Of a DNA stretch of 64,000 bases, positions 55,374-64,000 are shown in pieces. A program made the position numbers and the translations under genes. Every line of letters starts with the position of its first letter. The first letter of the stretch is position 1. The stretch is taken from IMG/VR virus record IMGVR_UViG_3300050120_000230, positions 1 to 64,000 of that record, one strand, 5' to 3'. The notes below the pieces were generated by a model. The model did not search any database. It was not told the origin of the DNA and saw only the letters and a program-made list of their open reading frames with translations.

Positions 55374-56149
55374 TGGCTACGCTCAACGAGGGTATGCGGC
55401 CCGGTGACCTTGAGGACTTGGTCCTACCGATGCTCACCATCGACGAATATGAGAGCAAGCTCGATGACGACGCCATCGTGATGGGCTTCTACGTCAGCGA
55501 CAAGGATGCCGCTGGTGATCTGAATCGTTACATCCAAAAATCGCCTGTGCAGATGTTGGACACCGAGGTCTCCCCGGCGCCGGATCAGCACGGCTACTAT
55601 ATCGTGTTCATCGAACTCCTCAACGACATTCGTATCGTGGACAACATGGAGGCCATCCTCGAAGAGGTGAGCCCGCTCACGGCCACTGAAGAATGGCAGA
55701 TGCGTCTACGCGGGAATGAAGAAGGCGTGATGCCTTTTTCGTCCAAAGTTCTGAGCCATCGGTTCGCTGAACTCCGTTCGGAAAACGTGGATGGCGAACC
55801 GGGCGGCGGACACGCCGAACACCCTGAGACAGAAAGTCGCGTAATGGAATTCTTCCAACCCAGCGATCTGAAAAACGTGGTCATCGAAGGTCATCGTTTG
55901 GTTCTCACTGGACATGACAGTGAGTTTCGGGCAGAAATTGTTGCGTTCGGTGAAGCAGAATCCCTATTGGATTCATATAACCTCTCCGAGAGTGCATTCT
56001 CTCTGAACCTCACCGACATCGCAAAGTCTCTGAAAATGACGCGTTTGCTCGGTGATGGCTGGATGTCTAGCCGCCTCGGAGAACACTCTATTCTTCAGCA
56101 CGTTGGCTCCGATTCGGCGCTTTTGCTGCGGAACGCGCGCTTCGTTTAA
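55373..56149 (+). CDS. Late hypothetical protein
   Basis: TAATG-coupled; LTIDEYESKL, DTEVSP. Confidence 0.75.
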   Translation: MATLNEGMRPGDLEDLVLPMLTIDEYESKLDDDAIVMGFYVSDKDAAGDLNRYIQKSPVQMLDTEVSPAPDQHGYYIVFIELLNDIRIVDNMEAILEEVSPLTATEEWQMRLRGNEEGVMPFSSKVLSHRFAELRSENVDGEPGGGHAEHPETESRVMEFFQPSDLKNVVIEGHRLVLTGHDSEFRAEIVAFGEAESLLDSYNLSESAFSLNLTDIAKSLKMTRLLGDGWMSSRLGEHSILQHVGSDSALLLRNARFV

Positions 56150-56272
56150 GTCAAGTTAGGAATTATGGCCAAGCTCTAATTTTGACGTGGCTGAACTCCG
56201 TGGGCCGTGGTTAGTTCCCTCCATCGACCGGGCGATTACCACCCGGCGACGTTATAAAAGTCGGAGGGGAAA

Positions 56273-56617
56273 TTGGGCGTCGAAGTCTTGGAAATTCTCT
56301 GCAATTGGAGAGGCATCAACAACCTGAGAAGCGCCAAACAGGAGACCCTATGGCCGAGCATCGAAAGCTTGCGTCATCAAGGGGTCGTTCCCTGTGAGAA
56401 GCCTACCAGCGTTTTGCTAGCACTTCCCCAACGAGACGACATTGACATCATGGAACTGCGCGATTGGCTCGACCTGAACGCGAAGGGCCACTTCAAGATG
56501 TTCAATCGTTTCAACTATGACGAGCAACGATATCAGATCAAGCGAGCTTACGTCGGTGTGAACTTCCGTTTCACTGACCCGAAAGAGGCTTGTCTTTTCA
56601 AGTTGTTCTGGACCTGA
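56273..56617 (+). CDS. Hypothetical protein (WL...F.F.D..A..FKL family)
   Basis: GGAGG SD 5 nt before TTG; DWLDLNAKG...FRFTDPKEACLFKLFW. Confidence 0.6.
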   Translation: MGVEVLEILCNWRGINNLRSAKQETLWPSIESLRHQGVVPCEKPTSVLLALPQRDDIDIMELRDWLDLNAKGHFKMFNRFNYDEQRYQIKRAYVGVNFRFTDPKEACLFKLFWT

Positions 56618-56688
56618 TCGAGTAAAAACCACTCAAGACCCCTACTCGGCGCTCGCTAAATATAGCGAGGGTCAGAGTAGGTGTTCTT

Positions 56689-56937
56689 GTGGACGGAGTA
56701 ATTGGGTCGATTTTGCAAGTTATGACGAGCGGGAATGGAGCGCAAGCTCTCCCGATCATCATGGGCTTGATTATCTGGCATCTGCTAGAAGAGAATAAAA
56801 AACTCAAAGCAGAGAACCAGAAAAAAGATGAACGCATCGACAAAATCGTTGATGACTATCATCGTGGTAATTTGACGCTGACGGAAGCGTTGAACTCGTT
56901 GAAGCTCGTGCTCTTCGAGATCAAGGGCAAAATCTAA
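56689..56937 (+). CDS. Small membrane protein with coiled coil
   Basis: One TM segment; TAAATA at 56657-56662. Confidence 0.65.
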   Translation: MDGVIGSILQVMTSGNGAQALPIIMGLIIWHLLEENKKLKAENQKKDERIDKIVDDYHRGNLTLTEALNSLKLVLFEIKGKI

Positions 56938-58151
56938 TGCGTTGGCCGTTTAGCAATAGCAAACGGCTACAAGAAGCGCGTGCCCGAGAGGTCATGCGCG
57001 ACCTGATGGTGCTTGAGAGCCAAGAGGCTCTTCTGGAAGCCGCCGTCACCACCGCCGACGCGGCCAACTTCGTCACCAACCGCCTTCGATCCAAGCTGCA
57101 AGACAGCGTCGATCAGATCGAATCGACGGCGCGCATCCTGAACGACGCACTGGTCATTTGCGACGACAGCGGTCACATTCAAGCGTTCAACCCGGCTGCC
57201 GAGGCCATGTTCAACACCACGGCCGAAGCCGCTATCTCGACCTTTGTCGGTAGCCTGCTTCAGAGCACAAACCACGCGATCACCGAAGCCGATGATATCT
57301 GGACCATGCTCGATCATATCGACGAGGCCGAGGAAGAGCACGATTTGCACGGGCGGCGCGGGGACGTTCTATTCCCACTGGACGTGAACCACACGCGGCT
57401 CGACCGTTCAGATGGCACGACCATCTTCCTGCTCATCATGCGCGACACGTCGCGTGCCCACGACGGAGTGAAGCTGAAAGGCTATCGCTCCATTTTTGAA
57501 TCCAGCTTCGACGGCATCCTTGTCCTTAAGGACGGGGCCATTGTCGCCGCAAATCCGGCCGCTACGACGGTCTTTGGCTACAACGTCGAGGAACTGCTCT
57601 CTAAGAGCCTTGAGGCGCTGTTCATGTGCGGACGCGAACATACGCCGGTCCCGCTGACGGGTGGCGAAGTTGAGGTGATGGTCGAAGGCAAGCACCGCGA
57701 TGGCCACCTCATGGAAATGTTCTTCACCACCACGACGATCTGGTGGAACGGCGAGTCAGCCACGCTCATCACGATCAAGGACATCACGCCCGTCAAGGCG
57801 CTCGGCGCCGAAGATGCCGAAGCGATGATCTGCTGCTTTGACTCCGACTACCGCATCACGTTCGTGAACAGCGCCTACGCCACGTTCTACGGCCAGAAGC
57901 GCGAGAACCTGATCGGCGAAGACATTCGCACGCTGCTCCCGGCAAACGAGTGCAGCCCCTTCCTCATCCACATCAACAGCCTGACACCGACCGAGCCCAC
58001 TCGCCGTATGCAGCTTCGTTCGACAGATGAGAACGGCGAACATCGCCTTCAGGTTTGGACTGACCACGCATCGTTCGATGACGACGTGGTGGAGTATCAG
58101 CGGATCGGCCGCGATATCTCAAATACGATCACGACCACAACCCGGTCCTGA
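56937..58151 (+). CDS. Triple PAS-domain protein without output domain
   Basis: DALVICDDSGHIQAFNPAAEAMF, DGILV..IVAANPAATTVFGY..EELL, ICCFD..RITFVNSAY..FYG..E.LIG. Confidence 0.85.
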   Translation: MRWPFSNSKRLQEARAREVMRDLMVLESQEALLEAAVTTADAANFVTNRLRSKLQDSVDQIESTARILNDALVICDDSGHIQAFNPAAEAMFNTTAEAAISTFVGSLLQSTNHAITEADDIWTMLDHIDEAEEEHDLHGRRGDVLFPLDVNHTRLDRSDGTTIFLLIMRDTSRAHDGVKLKGYRSIFESSFDGILVLKDGAIVAANPAATTVFGYNVEELLSKSLEALFMCGREHTPVPLTGGEVEVMVEGKHRDGHLMEMFFTTTTIWWNGESATLITIKDITPVKALGAEDAEAMICCFDSDYRITFVNSAYATFYGQKRENLIGEDIRTLLPANECSPFLIHINSLTPTEPTRRMQLRSTDENGEHRLQVWTDHASFDDDVVEYQRIGRDISNTITTTTRS

Positions 58152-58875
58152 TCGTCATCAACCGTTCAAGCATGGCTTGATCCTGAGCATCGTAGAAATC
58201 GGAAGTCTTTCGTATTTTCTCGTGTGCGTCTTTCGTCCCCTGATCTCGTCGGTTCAATATTTGAAGGCCGACGCTCTTATCGACACCTTCCCAGATACGA
58301 TAGTCATGGCCGACATCGCACCGACACGGGCGGTGGTCTTTCCACCAGAGATATAGGTCGCGAGCAATCACCGCTTGCTCGGACTGTTGCGGCGACATCA
58401 TTTGAATCTCGGGATCGGTCGCTTCCCACTCTAGGTAGGCCAATCCCGCGACGCGGCCATGTTTGCGAGGCCAGCGATCAGCGACGAACTTCGGAAGACC
58501 TTTGGGCACACGTTCATCGTGCCATTGCCAGTTACGAGCCGACAGGCCGACTTCGATATGCATGACCAAAAGATCGAAGTTTGCGTAAAGCATGAGGCGG
58601 TCAATGTCATGATTGCCCGGCCCCAACGACTTCACGTTGATGATGTGCGTGCGATTGGTCGTGCGGTTTCGAATCCAATTGACGCCGTTTTTGTAAATCC
58701 TGATCCAGCGACGGATACGGCTAGGCACGGTTTGTTGCAGGAAGACACGCACTGGGAAACGATGGCGCTGGGAGGTTTTGATCCGTTCCCATACTTCCCA
58801 CGTCGCGGCCGTGGGACTGGTCAATAGGAACCAACCAAGCCCTCTCGGCTTGGAACTACGACGAAGGCGGGTCAA
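58129..58875 (-). CDS. Hypothetical protein
   Basis: 248-aa ORF in a minus-strand operon. Confidence 0.6.
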   Translation of the reverse strand: MTRLRRSSKPRGLGWFLLTSPTAATWEVWERIKTSQRHRFPVRVFLQQTVPSRIRRWIRIYKNGVNWIRNRTTNRTHIINVKSLGPGNHDIDRLMLYANFDLLVMHIEVGLSARNWQWHDERVPKGLPKFVADRWPRKHGRVAGLAYLEWEATDPEIQMMSPQQSEQAVIARDLYLWWKDHRPCRCDVGHDYRIWEGVDKSVGLQILNRRDQGTKDAHEKIRKTSDFYDAQDQAMLERLMTIRTGLWS

Positions 58876-59357
58876 AGGATTTCGAAGTCCGGGCCGACCA
58901 CGCGAAGGTTGACGGGTTTACCGCGAAAACGAAAATAATCTCGTCCACCATCGACCATTGCGGATTGGTCGCGGCTCACCCGGCTGTCGTGGCGATACCG
59001 ACTGAAGATGATCTCGCCATCTTCCGCTTCGGCGCCTTCCCAAGTTCCATCAACGACGCTGTGGGCACTGACGATCATGACCGTTCGCATACGAATGAAG
59101 AGGCCAAAATAGTTGCTGAAGTTCGGTTGTGGGGGAGTTTCTTGCCAGAAAACGGAAAAAGGTTCTTCGGAAAAGCCACCATTCGGGCTCTTCAAGCACA
59201 AATCTGCCACATATTCGGCATTATACTGCCGCTCAGCCTTGCTGATATCGATGTGGACGATCTGTTGTCCTTTATTGATCCATCGATTAGGCAAATTTCC
59301 CACCATCCACACGTAGACTTGCACCCACGAGCTTCTCCGTCTCGCGGACCTGTTCAA
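58872..59357 (-). CDS. Hypothetical phage protein
   Basis: IFSRYRHD...MVDGGRDY motif; start uncertain. Confidence 0.6.
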   Translation of the reverse strand: MNRSARRRSSWVQVYVWMVGNLPNRWINKGQQIVHIDISKAERQYNAEYVADLCLKSPNGGFSEEPFSVFWQETPPQPNFSNYFGLFIRMRTVMIVSAHSVVDGTWEGAEAEDGEIIFSRYRHDSRVSRDQSAMVDGGRDYFRFRGKPVNLRVVGPDFEIL

Positions 59358-59517
59358 CCAGTGCTAGGTTCCTAGCGATGATCTGCCCGATAGCGGCGGC
59401 CAACTCGTAGCCTTCCGGCATCGGGATACGAAGCTCTTTGGAGCCCAAGCGAGACGCCTGTCTAGCACGGGCCATGAAGCTTTCGAGAACTTCAGTGTTG
59501 ATCGTATCCTTGGCCAT
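59287..59517 (-). CDS. Small hypothetical protein
   Basis: AGGA SD; ends VDGGKF. Confidence 0.6.
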   Translation of the reverse strand: MAKDTINTEVLESFMARARQASRLGSKELRIPMPEGYELAAAIGQIIARNLALVEQVRETEKLVGASLRVDGGKFA

Positions 59518-59525
59518 GGCAAGTC

Positions 59526-60752
59526 CTAAGCGTAGGCGGCGTTGAGATAGGCTGCGTGATCCGTCGCTTCTTTAGCAAGCGCCGGAAGACCATTTCGATC
59601 ACAGAAGCGAAGAAAATGGATACCGACGTTACCCACCGGCTCTTTTTGAACCGCTTGCACGATCACGGCGTCCATCAAAGCTTTGATGTTTTCCGGTTGC
59701 TGCGTGAGGTCAATGAGGCTCTCGTTGAACTTGTATTCGTCGAGCACCCTCACCTCTTGCGTGATGGCGTTGCCATTGGAATCGGAGCCAGTCAGCTTCT
59801 CCCAACGTTGCAGCATGAAGTTGTTCCAGTTGTAGCCCTGCGTTGCGCGATCTTCCCACGCTTCACTGATGCCGACCTTGTTCTTAGAGCCCTCGTAGCG
59901 CACACCGGGATAGGCCGAGAAAATACCGTCGCCGGTATCACCCCGGACCAGTTTCACGAAGAGAGCTTTTCGCCACCACTCCGGCTCCGGCGTAAATGAA
60001 AACTCTTCCCAAACGTAGTCACAGGCGGCGAACGGGATCGGCTTGTAGCCGGGTTCATCGAGCGCCTTTTGTTTCTGGAATGTTTCGAAAGATTTTTGCC
60101 GGTCGCGCTCAGCCACGTTGTGCTTGCGCTCCTTCTCCTTCTGCTCCTTGTCGTGCTTCACCTTCGCTTCGGCGATGGTCAACCCGACTTTGATCTTGCC
60201 GCTGTCGCCCTTGACGTTGAAGACCAACGGGCGCCCCCGGTCATCGAACACGCCATCGATAGTCAGGAGCCTCATATCCACGCCGTTGTAGATCGAGACG
60301 TTCGGGGCGATCAGTTGGATGAAGTCGGAGTCGCCGGAGAGAATGAAGTGCTCATCGTTCGGGTGAACTTGAATCCAGCGGGCAATGAAATCGTCGCCTT
60401 CGATGCCGGGGCTTTGGAGCACGGTGCAGCGCGTCTTCTCCGACATGTAATCTTGAAAATCGTTCATCACCGCATTGAAGGCTTCTTCCTCTTCCCGATC
60501 AGCGGGCGTTGAAGTGGCCACCATCCGGTCGAGCTTCCGCTTGGCCTTGTATTGCGGGAACACATCGTAGCGCCAGCTTTTGCCTTCGATACAGAGCACG
60601 ACGTGATCGGCCTTGAACTCGCGATGAAGCTTCTTCAGGCTGCGAAAAACGATGGACAGAGCCATACCCGCCTTGGTGTAGGCGTCGCCGCGCACCACAT
60701 GCCGGGCGCGATAAAACAGGTTGGCGACATCAACGATTGCGTAACGGGTCAT
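59526..60752 (-). CDS. rnh: RNase H / 5'-3' flap exonuclease (T4 Rnh-like)
   Basis: IVDVANLFYR, SWR...YK..R, EGDDFIA, ILSGDSDFIQL, GDTGDGI, NESLIDL. Confidence 0.9.
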   Translation of the reverse strand: MTRYAIVDVANLFYRARHVVRGDAYTKAGMALSIVFRSLKKLHREFKADHVVLCIEGKSWRYDVFPQYKAKRKLDRMVATSTPADREEEEAFNAVMNDFQDYMSEKTRCTVLQSPGIEGDDFIARWIQVHPNDEHFILSGDSDFIQLIAPNVSIYNGVDMRLLTIDGVFDDRGRPLVFNVKGDSGKIKVGLTIAEAKVKHDKEQKEKERKHNVAERDRQKSFETFQKQKALDEPGYKPIPFAACDYVWEEFSFTPEPEWWRKALFVKLVRGDTGDGIFSAYPGVRYEGSKNKVGISEAWEDRATQGYNWNNFMLQRWEKLTGSDSNGNAITQEVRVLDEYKFNESLIDLTQQPENIKALMDAVIVQAVQKEPVGNVGIHFLRFCDRNGLPALAKEATDHAAYLNAAYA

Positions 60753-60806
60753 GCATCCTCCGAGAAACCCATCATCGCTTTTCACGGAGGCTATGTCAAA
60801 ATGTGG

Positions 60807-61031
60807 TTAACCAAATTTACTGACGAATGCACGCACCGCATTTAGAAGTTCCGGCGTGAGGCGCGGGTAGCCGTCGAGAATTTCATCGTCGGGGACATTC
60901 GCTTCGATCATCCAGACAATCGTTTCGACTGTCAGGCGCGAATCAGTGAACGTCGGCCGACCGCCGCAGCGGCCGGGAACGCATTCAACTTCTGGGATCG
61001 TCAGAACGATCTCAAGAATATTCTGTGCCAC
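60807..61031 (-). CDS. DUF433 antitoxin-like protein
   Basis: PGRCGGRPTFTDSRLTVETI...EILDGYPRLT. Confidence 0.75.
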   Translation of the reverse strand: MAQNILEIVLTIPEVECVPGRCGGRPTFTDSRLTVETIVWMIEANVPDDEILDGYPRLTPELLNAVRAFVSKFG

Positions 61032-61737
61032 CGTTGTCACGCGGGATGCGGTTGATGACGCGGCCGGAATTGAACGGGACCGGCTGATTATCGTCAACGG
61101 GCGACTCGTCGGCTTGCGAACGACAGACATCAGAGAACCACTGCTCGACGATCTGTTCGTCAGTGGTGCCATGGTAGCCGTTTTTCTTCAGAAACTCGAC
61201 CCATTTTTCGTTCCAGTCGAGTTCGAAGTAGAGGCCGTTGACCCCTTGATCGGAATCAAAACCGTTGTCCACGATGCCGACCCACGGCTCACCTTTGGCG
61301 GTCGCGGCAGTCTTCTCGTATTCGAGAGTTTCGATCTTGCCGTGCTCATGGTCAGCTTGGAGGATAGCCAACTGGCGGTCCAGACTATCGAAGTCGGGAT
61401 AAGCGATCTCGGCGAGCTTCAGATCACGTTCGTAGCCGTCGATTTTCTTGAAGCTGAAATCGATGCGGACCTTGTCCTTCGGATCGAGCACATCATCATT
61501 GAGCAAAGTGGCTTCGGCGATCTCATAGGCATAGTCGTCGATCCGGCCCATGCGTTTCGCCAGCTTCATGTGCTCGTGCTTGTTCTCGATGCCCGTGAAA
61601 TTGATGTCGATCAAACGACGCTCAAGGTCTTCGCCTTCGAGTTCATAGTTCGCCTTGGCCTCGTCAAAGGGGCGGCCCTTGAGCCCCCAGCTTGCCGGAA
61701 GCCATTCGAACGGAATCAAGTTGTTTTTCTTACCCAT
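61012..61737 (-). CDS. Hypothetical phage protein
   Basis: AGGAGG SD; GEPWV...FELDWN..V..L...GY.G..DEQIVEQWF. Confidence 0.75.
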   Translation of the reverse strand: MGKKNNLIPFEWLPASWGLKGRPFDEAKANYELEGEDLERRLIDINFTGIENKHEHMKLAKRMGRIDDYAYEIAEATLLNDDVLDPKDKVRIDFSFKKIDGYERDLKLAEIAYPDFDSLDRQLAILQADHEHGKIETLEYEKTAATAKGEPWVGIVDNGFDSDQGVNGLYFELDWNEKWVEFLKKNGYHGTTDEQIVEQWFSDVCRSQADESPVDDNQPVPFNSGRVINRIPRDNGGTEYS

Positions 61738-61738
61738 A

Positions 61739-62098
61739 TCAATCCTCCTGTGCCATTCGAAGCATCATCATGAACCGATCCCACTCACTGGTGAGCATCA
61801 CGTCTGCTTTGATGGCAGTCATTAGTGTGTCAAAATCTTTGCCCATGACCACATACTTGGCGACGAGCTTTTCGATACCGGACCCTGCGGTTGGGACGTA
61901 AGGGATGCTACCATCTCTCTTACGAAGTTCGTTCATTACAGCGCGGCCAACCTCGGCGTAGGCTCTCTCGACGTTGAGTTGCTCTTGGAAACGAACATGC
62001 TGCTGGGCGAGTTTTTCGTCTATCCGGGCTTGGAATTGCGATTCCAATTTGTCGGCGGCGGTCTTCAGCGCACGGTCCATGATGGTGTCCTGAAACAT
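61739..62098 (-). CDS. SEW(D/E)RF family paralog 3
   Basis: Ends LTSEWDRFMMMLRMA. Confidence 0.7.
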   Translation of the reverse strand: MFQDTIMDRALKTAADKLESQFQARIDEKLAQQHVRFQEQLNVERAYAEVGRAVMNELRKRDGSIPYVPTAGSGIEKLVAKYVVMGKDFDTLMTAIKADVMLTSEWDRFMMMLRMAQED

Positions 62099-62601
62099 CA
62101 GTCTGCCTGTGCGAGGCGAAGGCTGAGCATGAAACGCTCCCACTCGCTCATCAGGAGAGGATTCTCCTTGATGGCCTGTAGGATCACTTCGAAATCTCGG
62201 CCCATATGAATGTAGGTGATGGTCGCATCGACGACTTCGGTCACCGCGTTGTCGTCGATGGCGGGCATCGTGGGTATACCGGCCGCAAAGGTTGCGGTGG
62301 CGGCGCCGTAGAGCGATGGGATCACGACGTTCTTGTTGTGCAAAGCACTCTGTGCAGCCTGCCCAATTTTGGCTTGGGCGACTTGCATGGGCTCGCGCGA
62401 CTCGAACTGCAAACGCAGTCGATCTTCTTGTTGGCGGAACTCTTCGAGCCATCGATTTTCGATAGCTTGTTCCCGTTCGAAGATTTGATCTTGGGTCATC
62501 GGGGTAGCGTCAATTTCCAACGCTTCCATGATTTCCTTAGTATAAACAGTCCTGCTCATGAGTCCTTTGGGGTAATGTGCGTAGTTATTTAGGCTCTTCA
62601 C
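62098..62601 (-). CDS. SEW(D/E)RF family paralog 2
   Basis: Ends LMSEWERFMLSLRLA. Confidence 0.7.
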   Translation of the reverse strand: MKSLNNYAHYPKGLMSRTVYTKEIMEALEIDATPMTQDQIFEREQAIENRWLEEFRQQEDRLRLQFESREPMQVAQAKIGQAAQSALHNKNVVIPSLYGAATATFAAGIPTMPAIDDNAVTEVVDATITYIHMGRDFEVILQAIKENPLLMSEWERFMLSLRLAQAD

Positions 62602-62848
62602 GCATTTTTAGAGCAATCGTAAACCGTTCCCACTCACTCATGAGGAACGGATCGTCATGAATAGCATCGATAATCACCTTGAAATGCAAGCCGAGTTGAA
62701 AAATATCGGAGGCGTTTTCAATAGAGACCTTGCCTATATTCGTGGGCCGATGCCAGTCGGCCATATTGTTGTGGCCGGAGATGATCCGTTTGAACTCTTG
62801 GGCAAAGAGAAGCTCGGTAAGTTCTTTGTCTTCCATTTTCCTATCCAA
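62585..62848 (-). CDS. SEW(D/E)RF family paralog 1
   Basis: Ends LMSEWERFTIALKM. Confidence 0.7.
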   Translation of the reverse strand: MDRKMEDKELTELLFAQEFKRIISGHNNMADWHRPTNIGKVSIENASDIFQLGLHFKVIIDAIHDDPFLMSEWERFTIALKMREEPK

Positions 62849-62850
62849 CG

Positions 62851-62882
62851 AAACGAGGGGCGAAGCCTCAGCCTCGCCCCTC
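62851..62882 (-). terminator. Probable intrinsic terminator downstream of the clamp gene
   Basis: GAGGGGCGA/TCGCCCCTC stem followed on the minus strand by GTTTCGTT. Confidence 0.55.
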
Positions 62883-62981
62883 TGGTCGCGTCAGGCCGAC
62901 TGTGAGCCCTCCTGTCGCTACCGCCACCCGCGTGTGATTGCTCACCTCCCTTTTTGGATGCTGGCAGAGCGGCAGATCAGG

Positions 62982-63713
62982 TTATCGGTTGGCCCGAATG
63001 AAATAGTTGTAGATGCCGTGCGGGGTCTCGACGGCGATACCCAGCACGCCTCGGTTGGTGATCTTCAGCGTGGTAGGGTGCTGGCCGGTCAGCTTCATGA
63101 TCGAGAGGAACTGATGGGTGTTCCACGTCAGGTTGCCCTTCAGGTCGCCCTTGACGCCAGCTTCGAAGACCATGCTCACCCGGTGGTTCGCGGACTCTTC
63201 GTCGCCGATGTAGAACTGAAGGTCACCGTTCTTCGTCCGGGCGCCAAAGCACTTGTCAACTTCGGCGTAGAGGCTGGCCAGTTGCGAGAACTCGGTGACC
63301 TTGGACTTGGTCGGAACGACCGTAACGTCCCACGGGATGTTCGGAATGGTGGCCTGATCGGGAATGTGCTTCGGGTCCATCATGCGGAAATCGGCGTCGT
63401 TGCCGGTCACCTTGTTGCGGAACTCGAACTGCTCGACGGTCATGAGACCATCGCGTTCCTTCTTCTTCACGTTGAAGGTCGCGTCGTCGGTCAGATAATT
63501 CGGGAAGTTCAACAGGCCGCTGAGCAGATTGATGTTGGTCACACCAAACTCGCCCTCGAACTCGGCCAACGGTTGCTTCAGCGTGGCTTCGATGAAAAGG
63601 GTCTTGGTTTCATCGCAACCCTTGATGACCGTTTCTTCGTTGGTGCCAGTGACACGCAGCGCCTCAGTCAGGCCGCCAGTCTGCTTGACCAAGTCAAGAA
63701 GAACTTCTCTCAT
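62982..63713 (-). CDS. DNA polymerase sliding clamp (gp45-like)
   Basis: About 243 aa with clamp-like strand/helix pattern (GEFGVTNINLLSGLL, GIYNYFI) in a replication context near rnh; GGAG SD. Confidence 0.65.
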   Translation of the reverse strand: MREVLLDLVKQTGGLTEALRVTGTNEETVIKGCDETKTLFIEATLKQPLAEFEGEFGVTNINLLSGLLNFPNYLTDDATFNVKKKERDGLMTVEQFEFRNKVTGNDADFRMMDPKHIPDQATIPNIPWDVTVVPTKSKVTEFSQLASLYAEVDKCFGARTKNGDLQFYIGDEESANHRVSMVFEAGVKGDLKGNLTWNTHQFLSIMKLTGQHPTTLKITNRGVLGIAVETPHGIYNYFIRANR

Positions 63714-63758
63714 AGGTATCTCCAATCAATATAGACAGTGTAAGGGGGTCAGTAAGGG

Positions 63759-63986
63759 TTAGACAATATCTTCGTGTAGGTCGCAGGTATTAAGTCGAGT
63801 AGTTGCTTTCAGGAAAGTGTGAAGGGCACACTTGCCCAATCCTGAAATAGATTTGTCTTCAGTTTCGCTGAAATGCACGCAGTCACCACAGCTTCCGGGG
63901 ATCACGCCGAAACGAATTGGGTTCTCGTGCTTGCGAAATCCAGCAAGCTTGCCCATGACAATGGAAGTATCGACTTGGACGGTCAT
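63759..63986 (-). CDS. Small Cys-containing protein
   Basis: CGDCVHF...KCALH...TCD. Confidence 0.5.
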   Translation of the reverse strand: MTVQVDTSIVMGKLAGFRKHENPIRFGVIPGSCGDCVHFSETEDKSISGLGKCALHTFLKATTRLNTCDLHEDIV

Positions 63987-64000
63987 ATTTGGAACAGCTT

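Noticed and set aside
56187-56275. -1 frameshift at G GGA AAT joining an upstream GTG ORF to 56273-56617
   Set aside because: GGAGG 5 nt before TTG 56273 gives a simpler independent start; nothing else supports a frameshift.
1-64000. CRISPR array, rRNA, integrase/transposase, intein or self-splicing intron
   Set aside because: No repeat-spacer periodicity or diagnostic motifs were seen; split-gene junctions lack intein Cys/His-Asn ends and homing endonuclease ORFs.

Overview
This window is part of a large T4-related (jumbo myovirus-like) phage genome; an alphaproteobacterial host is inferred, not shown. It holds baseplate and tail genes: a gp5-like spike with a SleB-type hydrolase, gp25, a gp6-like wedge, several fibres and giant Ig-repeat virion proteins. 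It also holds accessory genes (L,D-transpeptidase, PLP enzyme, CarF/TMEM189 desaturase, kinase-like, ART-like, mini GlyRS-like, M16 peptidase, PAS-only protein), two tRNA-Arg genes, an RNase H and a sliding clamp. A TAAATA late-promoter motif lies only 4-6 nt before many start codons. The main candidates for something new are: (1) a 15-codon leader ORF rich in rare AGA/AGG/CGA codons, plus a hairpin, directly before tRNA-Arg(UCU) and tRNA-Arg(CCU), suggesting a tRNA-supply sensor; (2) virion genes cut in the middle of Ig repeats, suggesting assembly by strand complementation between separate polypeptides; (3) a shared N-terminal M-R/K-x-x-(I/M)-(D/N)-I-x-x-E tag on unrelated late proteins, resembling T4 capsid-targeting sequences; (4) an 80-bp micro-inversion whose reversal rebuilds an intact 117-aa gene. 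Family assignments come from recognising motifs by eye; no searches were run.
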